This document shows positions 1 through 6,124 of a DNA stretch of 20,000 nt, piece after piece. The first letter of the stretch is position 1, and each line of letters begins with the position of its first letter. The translations under genes were made by a program, and so were the position numbers. This DNA is from an uncultured virus (IMG/VR IMGVR_UViG_3300021255_000099) (taxonomy: Duplodnaviria > Heunggongvirae > Uroviricota > Caudoviricetes > Schitoviridae), in IMG/VR virus record IMGVR_UViG_3300021255_000099; one strand, written 5' to 3'. The notes beneath the pieces were generated by a model that had not been told where the DNA came from, made no database searches, and worked only from the letters and a program-made list of their open reading frames with translations.

Positions 1-539
1 TTGACTATGCCACCACTAATCCTGAAATAGAAGGGGTTATTGTGGACTCCTTAACCTTCTTGATGGATATGTATGAGACACAGTATGTGTTGACTTCAAC
101 CAATACAATGAAGGCTTGGAGCGACTATAATCAGTTTTTCAAATCCCTTCTGCAGGACAAGGTTATCAAGATCGGTAAACCTGTGATCTTCATCGCCCAT
201 ACTTTGAAGATGCTAAATGAAGGGACGGGAGAATATGAATCTTCAGTTCCCATCAAAGGAGCACTGAAAGGACAGGGAGTTGAAGCTTACTTCTCCTGTG
301 TGGTAGCTGCAAAGAAAGTACCCCTGAAGCAGCTTAAAGAGTTCAAGAGCGATCTTCTTCACATTGAACCAGAAGAAGATGCGCTTGGGTACAAGTATGT
401 GTTCCAGACCAGGTTGACAAAGGACACAGTGGGAGAACGAATTCGTAGTCCCATGGGATTATTCAAACCTAATGAAACCTGGATGGACAATGACGCTCAG
501 ATCCTTCTGGATCATTTGATTAATTTTTATAAGGACTAA
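1..539 (+). CDS. Sak4-like / AAA_24 P-loop ATPase (N4 gp44-like), 5'-truncated by window edge
   Basis: The frame is open from base 3 (DYATTNPEIEGVIVDSLTFLMDMYE...). It has a Walker B-like VIVDS, plus VIFIAH, KGALKGQGVEAYFS and RIRSPMGLF segments typical of the N4-like AAA protein. It lies immediately upstream of SSB, as in N4-like gene order. Confidence 0.8.
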   Translation, partial: DYATTNPEIEGVIVDSLTFLMDMYETQYVLTSTNTMKAWSDYNQFFKSLLQDKVIKIGKPVIFIAHTLKMLNEGTGEYESSVPIKGALKGQGVEAYFSCVVAAKKVPLKQLKEFKSDLLHIEPEEDALGYKYVFQTRLTKDTVGERIRSPMGLFKPNETWMDNDAQILLDHLINFYKD

Positions 540-544
540 GTAAA

Positions 545-1255
545 ATGAGCATTTTCTCTAACCTTTCCAGCAAGGGTCTTGAGACCCAGACCGATACCCT
601 CGGTGGTTATTCCCCTCTCGAATCCGGCGCTTATGACGCTGAGATCAAAGCACTGTATGTGACAACCAGTGCCTCTGGAGCAATGGCTCTCAACCTCGTT
701 GCAGATGTAGAAGGACGCGAATATCGCGAAACCATCTACATCACCAACAAGAACAAGGAGAACTTCTTCACGTCTGCAAAGACCGGGAAGAAGGTTCCTC
801 TGCCTGGTTTCACGATCATCAACGATCTCTGTCTTTGCGCAATCGGCAAGGAGCTGTGTGAGCTTGAGACCGAGACCAAGGTGGTCAAGGTCTATGACTT
901 CGAAACCAAGCAGGAACTCCCGAAGGAAGTTCCAATGGTCACCGATGTCCTTGGTTCCAGGGTTTGCCTTGGCATTCTCAAGGAGATTGTGGACAAGAAC
1001 GTGAAGTCTGGTGACAGCTACGTTCCCTCTGGCGAAACCCGTGAGCAGAACACGATCAACAAGGTCTTCCATGCTGAGACCCACATGACCGTGAACGAGG
1101 CCAAGGACGGCAAGAAGGAAGCAGTCTTCTATGACAAGTGGGTCAAGAAGCATGCTGGTGTGACCGTCAACCGTTCCAAGGGTGCTGCTGGAACTGCTGG
1201 TGCTCCCAAGAAGCCTGCTGCTGCAGCTGCTCCTAAGAAGAGCCTGTTCTCGTGA
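545..1255 (+). CDS. ssb: N4-type single-stranded DNA-binding protein (N4 gp45-like)
   Basis: 236 aa. N-terminal D(T)LGG..LESGAY motif, LPGF..IN, GETREQN.I.KVF, and an Ala/Lys-rich tail ending KKSLFS. Synteny after the AAA ATPase; strongly biased codon usage suggests high expression. Confidence 0.85.
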   Translation: MSIFSNLSSKGLETQTDTLGGYSPLESGAYDAEIKALYVTTSASGAMALNLVADVEGREYRETIYITNKNKENFFTSAKTGKKVPLPGFTIINDLCLCAIGKELCELETETKVVKVYDFETKQELPKEVPMVTDVLGSRVCLGILKEIVDKNVKSGDSYVPSGETREQNTINKVFHAETHMTVNEAKDGKKEAVFYDKWVKKHAGVTVNRSKGAAGTAGAPKKPAAAAAPKKSLFS

Positions 1256-1671
1256 TGTACGAAGGCAGGATTGAATTTCCTGCCTGTGTCCAGGTTCAGA
1301 AGCGTAAATACGCCCTGAACCTGAACATTTATCGCAACACTCACTATTATCTCCTGAACCAGATGAAGAAGAATTTTTCTTCCTTGGTTCAGGAGCAATT
1401 GAAAGACATTCCGAAGTTAAAGAAAGTCTTTCTCAAATACATTGTTCATCCGAAGACAAAGAGACTGTTCGATGTAGCCAATGTCTGTTCCATAGCAGAC
1501 AAGTTCTTCTGCGATGCATTGGTTCGAGCAGGAATCATTGAGGATGACAATTGCACCATAGTTGAGTATGTGAGTTACACGGCAGGAAACAAAAGCGACA
1601 AAGGTTATTCCTACATTACAGTAGATATTATTGGAGAAACAGAAAATGAAGATCAGTCTCACCCAGAATGA
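1252..1671 (+). CDS. RusA-like Holliday junction resolvase/endonuclease
   Basis: LNLNIYRN N-terminal motif and RusA-like catalytic segment D-x-x-N...K-F-F-C-D-A-L-V..G-I-I-E-D-D-N. The start overlaps the SSB stop (GTGA/TGATG). Confidence 0.75.
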   Translation: MMYEGRIEFPACVQVQKRKYALNLNIYRNTHYYLLNQMKKNFSSLVQEQLKDIPKLKKVFLKYIVHPKTKRLFDVANVCSIADKFFCDALVRAGIIEDDNCTIVEYVSYTAGNKSDKGYSYITVDIIGETENEDQSHPE

Positions 1672-1945
1672 GATCGAAAGCGCAATCATTGATTATCTGA
1701 AGAATGTCATCAACCTTCCCGAAGGCATGGAATTCCGCGTTGAAATGGCCGCTACGAGAGGTTCTGCTGGCTTTACTGCAGATGTATCCATTGTGCGGGG
1801 AGAAGCCTCTGAGACCCCTTCTCGTGTCATTGAGAGGGTGTCTGAGCCTGAACCTGCGAGTGATGGAGAATCCCAGGCAATTGAGGAGCCTGCAATCGCA
1901 ACTCCCAAGCGTGTGAGTCTCTTTGCAGGGATTAAGCAGGCTTGA
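1646..1945 (+). CDS. N4-like conserved hypothetical protein following the resolvase
   Basis: GGAG RBS before ATG 1646. MKISLTQNEIESAIIDY...ATRGSAGFTADVSI, then an acidic low-complexity linker and a C-terminal SLF motif, a pattern recalled from N4-like phages. Confidence 0.7.
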   Translation: MKISLTQNEIESAIIDYLKNVINLPEGMEFRVEMAATRGSAGFTADVSIVRGEASETPSRVIERVSEPEPASDGESQAIEEPAIATPKRVSLFAGIKQA

Positions 1946-1970
1946 CATTAAACCATTAGGAGAATATCAT
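1942..1970 (+). promoter_or_regulatory. sigma70-type promoter TTGACA-N17-TATCAT
   Basis: Perfect -35 TTGACA at 1942-1947, exact 17-nt spacer, -10 TATCAT at 1965-1970 (5/6 match). Confidence 0.7.
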
Positions 1971-2008
1971 TTAAATGCTCCATTTGATGTTCTCCTAAAA
2001 ATGAAGAT

Positions 2009-2034
2009 TTCCCCTCGCAAGAGGGGAATTTTTT
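2009..2034 (+). terminator. Rho-independent terminator
   Basis: TTCCCCTC-GCAA-GAGGGGAA (8-bp stem, GNRA loop) followed by TTTTTT. Confidence 0.85.
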
Positions 2035-2163
2035 AAGGGATCTCTGGCTTGTCGGTCCAAACAACCAAGACCTTAATGCTAATATTGTTTGATTGGGTCA
2101 GCCCTTGTTAGTCAGCATACAAGGTTTATTAACGTGTCTTGGTTGGAGATCCCTTAAAAAATT
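2027..2163 (+). ncRNA. Putative structured non-coding element (multi-stem)
   Basis: Perfect 18-bp inverted repeat 2027-2044/2146-2163. It encloses a perfect 10-bp pair 2062-2071/2136-2145, a 5-bp pair 2073-2077/2128-2132 and a hairpin 2103-2108/2119-2124. The ORF track shows nothing here. Confidence 0.45.
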
Positions 2164-2170
2164 AAGTATC

Positions 2171-2320
2171 TCTCTTAGGTTTATAGCTGGCTTCCTCCCT
2201 GGCGCCTAAGAGACAAGGCGGAGAATACCCCTTCTATCTCCAGGTATTCTCCACATGCAAGGAAAGTCCCTTGTGCCTTCAAAGAACTCCTCTCACTGGC
2301 GGTTAAGTGTCCCTATTCTC
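2171..2320 (+). ncRNA. Putative sRNA: tandem hairpins with C/U-rich loops
   Basis: Stems at 2171-2179/2205-2213, 2220-2229/2243-2252 and 2256-2262/2269-2275, plus 2215-2219/2275-2279. Loops or linkers include CTTCCTCCCT, CCTTCTATCTCC and CTCCTCTC. Confidence 0.35.
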
Positions 2321-2323
2321 GAT

Positions 2324-2357
2324 ACCCCTTAATCTCTCGATTAAGGGGTTTATTTTT
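2324..2357 (+). terminator. Rho-independent terminator
   Basis: ACCCCTTAATC-TCTC-GATTAAGGGGT (11-bp perfect stem) followed by TTATTTTT. Confidence 0.8.
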
Positions 2358-2376
2358 ATCTATAATGGAGAAAGTC

Positions 2377-2505
2377 ATGGACGAAATCTTTGAACAAATG
2401 ATTGAGATCTACGAATCCTACGAATACGAAGACTTTATCAACGATGACGAGTATCTTGAAGGTGACGACAAAGAAGATTCGTCTGACGAAATCCTCAATG
2501 AATAA
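2377..2505 (+). CDS. Small hyperacidic protein (42 aa), not in ORF track
   Basis: GGAG RBS 6 nt upstream of ATG. Translation MDEIFEQMIEIYESYEYEDFINDDEYLEGDDKEDSSDEILNE; codon style resembles the neighbouring highly expressed genes. Confidence 0.7.
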   Translation: MDEIFEQMIEIYESYEYEDFINDDEYLEGDDKEDSSDEILNE

Positions 2506-2512
2506 TCTTTAA

Positions 2513-2596
2513 GCGAGAGTGACGGAATCGGTAGACGTTGCGGACTTAAAATCCGCTGCTTAATGCGTATGGGTTCAAATCCCATCTCTCGCACCA
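2513..2596 (+). tRNA. trnL: tRNA-Leu(UAA)
   Basis: Acceptor stem GCGAGAG/CTCTCGC, D-loop with GG, anticodon stem GCGGA/TCCGC with loop CTTAAAA (anticodon TAA), variable arm, T-arm ATGGG-TTCAAAT-CCCAT, discriminator A and encoded CCA. Confidence 0.95.
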
Positions 2597-2602
2597 ATAC
2601 CT

Positions 2603-2920
2603 ATGAGAATGGCTCCAAAGAAAGGAGAACGGAAGTTCTTCTTGAATATTGACGGCAAGGAGATTGTGTGCATCGCTGCGATGGACAATCTCATGTATTA
2701 CAGAGTTCCCTGCTATTCAGCCAGGCTTTACTTCAAGGAAGTTCACGGAAAAAGCATCCTTAAAGTAGTGAAGACGAAGAAGAAAGTCGAAGACCTTGGG
2801 TTTGATGACATTCTTTCTGCCTGGCTCCAGAAAGGCAGGAGACCTCCAAAACCCAAGAAGGAATACGTTCAGCCTACTTTGGCAGACATGTTTGATTTCA
2901 AAAGGAAAAGAAGAAAATGA
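2603..2920 (+). CDS. Hypothetical basic protein
   Basis: 105-aa Lys-rich ORF directly after the tRNA; its stop overlaps the next start (ATGA). Confidence 0.65.
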   Translation: MRMAPKKGERKFFLNIDGKEIVCIAAMDNLMYYRVPCYSARLYFKEVHGKSILKVVKTKKKVEDLGFDDILSAWLQKGRRPPKPKKEYVQPTLADMFDFKRKRRK

Positions 2921-3087
2921 GCCGCAGTTATCGAAAGAATCCTGAAAAGTTCAACAAAGGATCCTGGAGTTCGAAATGGAAGAGCCAGGAGAATGACAGG
3001 ATCAAGGAACTTGGGGATGAAGAGATGGAAGAATTCATGCGGACTCATGTTTCCAAGAAGGAGAAAACCAAATGGAAGAAGCGTTGA
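2917..3087 (+). CDS. Small hypothetical protein (56 aa), not in ORF track
   Basis: ATGA overlap with the upstream gene. MSRSYRKNPEKFNKGSWSSKWKSQENDRIKELGDEEMEEFMRTHVSKKEKTKWKKR fills the gap to the next gene. Confidence 0.6.
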   Translation: MSRSYRKNPEKFNKGSWSSKWKSQENDRIKELGDEEMEEFMRTHVSKKEKTKWKKR

Positions 3088-3341
3088 AAGCCTATCCTGC
3101 CCCTGAATTCAACTGGAGATCCTTCAAGGAATTCCCGAAGAAAGAAGAACCAGTGTTGATCCAGTGGCAATACCATGACAAAGAGTTAAGGACTGATCTC
3201 TGTGCATTTGACGGAGTATCCGTGTTCAAGCGTATTCCTGATGATGCTTATGTGTATACGGATATTGAGACAGGAGACCGTTTAATCCGATGGGCATACC
3301 TGCCCAAAGTAGATCTCGATGGATACTATCCGTTTACTTGA
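3072..3341 (+). CDS. DUF551-like phage protein
   Basis: AAGGAG RBS. Pattern W.S.KE.P..EEPVLI ... RWAYLP typical of DUF551. Confidence 0.6.
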   Translation: MEEALKAYPAPEFNWRSFKEFPKKEEPVLIQWQYHDKELRTDLCAFDGVSVFKRIPDDAYVYTDIETGDRLIRWAYLPKVDLDGYYPFT

Positions 3342-3477
3342 CTATTGGTTTCCAAGAATCATGTTATGGCTGACTGCAGGAATACTTATCGGAGTATTCC
3401 TTTGGATTGTTATTGACACTTTTAGGGAGTTATGGAATGAGGGCAAGCAAAGAAATGATCGAACCACTGGTAGATAA
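3319..3477 (+). CDS. Small single-pass membrane protein (52 aa), not in ORF track
   Basis: MDTIRLLDYWFPRIMLWLTAGILIGVFLWIVIDTFRELWNEGKQRNDRTTGR has one clear hydrophobic helix and overlaps both neighbours. The RBS is weak. Confidence 0.45.
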   Translation: MDTIRLLDYWFPRIMLWLTAGILIGVFLWIVIDTFRELWNEGKQRNDRTTGR

Positions 3478-3652
3478 GAAGATCAGTGAGCTGAAATCTC
3501 ATGTAGATCTCATTCGGTCTATCAAGGATATCCAGGTGAATTCCTATTCGAAATTTGATGTTCTGGATTGGATCGAAAAACGAGTCATTGAACTTAAAGC
3601 TTACAGGGCTGAATATGCCCAGGCACCTGAGAAAACTGTTCTGGAGAATTAA
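3437..3652 (+). CDS. Hypothetical helical protein
   Basis: ORF track 3407..3652. ATG 3437 (after GGGAG) or ATG 3455 is a more plausible start. Confidence 0.55.
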   Translation: MRASKEMIEPLVDKKISELKSHVDLIRSIKDIQVNSYSKFDVLDWIEKRVIELKAYRAEYAQAPEKTVLEN

Positions 3653-3654
3653 AA

Positions 3655-3882
3655 ATGAAAGAAACAACTATTGATGAAATTGTGGTGAAGTATCTTCCCA
3701 AACTTGAAGATGCCCGAGAAACTCTTCAGGACATTGATTCTTCCTGGATTACGGATATTTCTGAATTCAATTCAGGTGCTTTGACTGCTTCCCTTATGGA
3801 AACCAGGACTGCTCTGATCAATTTGATGGTTCGTATTCGTATTGCCAGTGCAGACGCAAGAGAGAAAACCAGCAATAAATGA
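3655..3882 (+). CDS. Hypothetical protein
   Basis: GGAG RBS, 75 aa, tightly packed in the operon. Confidence 0.65.
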   Translation: MKETTIDEIVVKYLPKLEDARETLQDIDSSWITDISEFNSGALTASLMETRTALINLMVRIRIASADAREKTSNK

Positions 3883-3904
3883 AGGATGGAACTGGTGATG
3901 AATA

Positions 3905-4087
3905 ATGGAACCGATAACAACTAATCTCGCAGTATTTGCAGATAATGCTCGTCTTTTGCTTACCATTATTGCAACAAGTGCTGGCTGTGTATTGCTTATA
4001 GCACTTACAGTATTTGGTATAGCACTTATGCTGGCTCTTGTATGCGGGATTCTTTCCGATTTAGACCGGGACTGGGAAAAGAAATGA
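3905..4087 (+). CDS. Small membrane protein
   Basis: 60 aa with a ~35-residue hydrophobic stretch; ATGA overlap with the next gene. Confidence 0.6.
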   Translation: MEPITTNLAVFADNARLLLTIIATSAGCVLLIALTVFGIALMLALVCGILSDLDRDWEKK

Positions 4088-4494
4088 AACCTGAAACTGT
4101 ATTGGAGATCAAAAACCTGATTAAAGATCTAGTCGATGTATCGCAAAAGTCATATGACCTGTATGGATGTAAGGATTTGTCTGCCAACGAGAAAAGACAA
4201 TTTGAGTACTTATCAGACAGGCTTTTTAAAGAATGGAAAAAGATTTATGACAAGTATGAGACAGAAATAATTAAATCTGTCCAGACTTATGCTGATGCCC
4301 CAGATACAACTTTAGGTACTCGTGATCGAGAACGAGCATGGATTGCCAGAGATATCTATTTTTCCAATAAGCGTAGTAAACCCAAAAAGATCATTTCGGA
4401 AGAACACAATCCTCAAATAGAGCTTCCATTGTGGGATCCAAGCAAAGATGTAGACAGGGATGGGATTATTAATCCCAAATACAAAATCACATGA
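4084..4494 (+). CDS. Hypothetical protein
   Basis: Likely start ATG 4084 (MKPETVLE...), translationally coupled to the upstream stop. Confidence 0.65.
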   Translation: MKPETVLEIKNLIKDLVDVSQKSYDLYGCKDLSANEKRQFEYLSDRLFKEWKKIYDKYETEIIKSVQTYADAPDTTLGTRDRERAWIARDIYFSNKRSKPKKIISEEHNPQIELPLWDPSKDVDRDGIINPKYKIT

Positions 4495-4518
4495 TTAAGT
4501 TTCATTAAGGAGATAGAA

Positions 4519-4866
4519 ATGAAGTACAGGATCAAGAATGAAAGAGAACGAAGATTATTAAATGACGCTCTTGGGATCACAGAACTAGAAGCAACAAATC
4601 CTAAAGATACTTTGTTAACTATTCGAGTATCTTTTGCAGGAAATGACTGGCTTAGTTTTTTTAATACCGAACCAGTAAAAGAATTAGCAGACGGATGGCA
4701 TCCTTATCCAGAAACAAAACCTGAGAAAAAAGGAAAGTATTTGATCGCTATTGATAATTCTAATTTACATCTTGTTGATGTCCTTGATTTCGTGGGTGAG
4801 TCATTTGTCGCTTGGAATTCCAGCATTATTGCTTGGAAAGAATTGCCAAAGATTTGGAAAGAATGA
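4519..4866 (+). CDS. Phage protein with C-terminal DUF551-like domain
   Basis: TAAGGAG RBS; GWHPYPETKPEKKGKYLI ... IIAWKELP pattern. Confidence 0.65.
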   Translation: MKYRIKNERERRLLNDALGITELEATNPKDTLLTIRVSFAGNDWLSFFNTEPVKELADGWHPYPETKPEKKGKYLIAIDNSNLHLVDVLDFVGESFVAWNSSIIAWKELPKIWKE

Positions 4867-5078
4867 TTGATAAAACTCTTCTTGAACAGAGCAGGTATGC
4901 TCTTGAATCCTTGGATCAAACAATCAAACAAGTGAATGCAATCCCTGCCAAAGGAAGTCCTTGGGAAATATTGTCCTGGGTATACTTTCAACTGAAAGAC
5001 ACCCGGGATAAGTTTGAAGATCATTTAGAGGACTGGGAACAAGAATATAAGGAACAAACTGATGCAAGACAACGTTAA
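4863..5078 (+). CDS. Hypothetical protein
   Basis: Likely start ATG 4863 (ATGA overlap; MIDKTLL...). Confidence 0.55.
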   Translation: MIDKTLLEQSRYALESLDQTIKQVNAIPAKGSPWEILSWVYFQLKDTRDKFEDHLEDWEQEYKEQTDARQR

Positions 5079-5439
5079 TCATCCTCAGCATTACACCCAG
5101 GCTTCTGTGTATGTTGAACCAATCAACATTTGCAGGATGCTTGGATTCAATTTCGGAAACATGTTCAAGTATGTTGCCAGAGCACCATTCAAAGGACATG
5201 AGAAAGAAGACCTTGAGAAAGCCATGTGGTATTACCAGGATGCAAAGAAAGCTTCTTCACACCTTGCAAAGCATAATCCAAGAGCTTGGGGAGCTATTTG
5301 CGTATATTCCTGCAATTCCAAGAATGACCTTCTCAAGGATGCTGTGAAACCCTCGAATTCAATCGGTGAGTTCTTTGTTTACCTGGCTCACATGATTGAA
5401 CTCAGGATCATTCATCTGGAAGAAAATGCTTCTGCTTAA
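5062..5439 (+). CDS. DUF3310 (SaV-like) family phage protein
   Basis: DNVNHPQHYT...GFNFGNMFKYVARAPFKG..EDLEKAMWY signature; AAGGA RBS. Confidence 0.85.
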   Translation: MQDNVNHPQHYTQASVYVEPINICRMLGFNFGNMFKYVARAPFKGHEKEDLEKAMWYYQDAKKASSHLAKHNPRAWGAICVYSCNSKNDLLKDAVKPSNSIGEFFVYLAHMIELRIIHLEENASA

Positions 5440-5617
5440 AAAGCTTTATGCCCTTGTGGAATTGGCTGTTCTTTTAATTGTTCTGGGAGTAATGACTGCT
5501 CTCCTGAAAATTAAACTGACTTTCCATTGTTCCACTTTTGAAAGTGCATTGTTTTTGATTGCTGTGCTATTATGTGCAGGTTACGGTATTTACAAAACCA
5601 TATTGGTTTTAATTTAA
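5426..5617 (+). CDS. Small two-TM membrane protein (possible holin-like)
   Basis: Two hydrophobic helices separated by KIKLTFHCSTFES; probable start ATG 5426. Confidence 0.5.
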   Translation: MLLLKKLYALVELAVLLIVLGVMTALLKIKLTFHCSTFESALFLIAVLLCAGYGIYKTILVLI

Positions 5618-5626
5618 AGGAATAAG

Positions 5627-6124
5627 ATGGCAATCCCACTTCATCGTTACTTTGCTAAGGTCAAGGATTACAAAGACCAGGATTTCAAGCTTCCTGAACG
5701 TGCTACCCAGTTCTCCGCAGGATATGACTTCTTCGCTCCCGAGGATGTGATTATCCCTTCTTTCTGGAAAGGACTTCTGGGGAAAATCTTTTTCGGAAAG
5801 CCCATTTATCCCACTACGGTTCATTCCCATGTCAAAGCCAAGATGCGTCCTAACGAAGTTCTGGAAATCTTCAACCGGTCTTCTAATCCGAGGAAGCTTG
5901 GTCTTGTTCTGGCAAACGGTGTGGGTGTGGTTGATTCTGACTATTTCGGCAATCCTTCTAACGATGGTGATATTGGCTTTCCCTTTTATAACTTTATGCC
6001 TTGGGATGTCACCATTCGAAAGGATCAAAAGCTGGGTCAGGGAGTGTTCCACTCCTACTTGCGAGTAGACACTGACCGGGTCAAGACTAAGAGGACTGGC
6101 GGCTTTGGATCTACGGGCGCTTAG
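5627..6124 (+). CDS. dut: Trimeric dUTPase
   Basis: Motif I SAGYDF, motif II RSS, motif III GVVDSDYFG, motif IV QGVF and motif V RTGGFGSTG; AAGGA RBS. Confidence 0.95.
   Translation: MAIPLHRYFAKVKDYKDQDFKLPERATQFSAGYDFFAPEDVIIPSFWKGLLGKIFFGKPIYPTTVHSHVKAKMRPNEVLEIFNRSSNPRKLGLVLANGVGVVDSDYFGNPSNDGDIGFPFYNFMPWDVTIRKDQKLGQGVFHSYLRVDTDRVKTKRTGGFGSTGA

Noticed and set aside
536..1153. 205-aa - strand ORF
   Set aside because: Antisense shadow of ssb caused by its codon bias; no recognisable motifs.
1950..2360. CRISPR mini-array or retron msr-msd
   Set aside because: The stems are inverted repeats with different sequences, not direct repeats with spacers, and no reverse transcriptase or cas gene is in the window.
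1950..2360. N4 vRNAP hairpin promoters
   Set aside because: I found no short stem with the 3-nt purine loop and conserved flanks of N4 early promoters; these are expected near the genome's left end.
2361..2366. TATAAT as a -10 promoter box
   Set aside because: No credible -35 at 16-18 nt, no extended -10 TG, and it abuts the RBS of the next gene.
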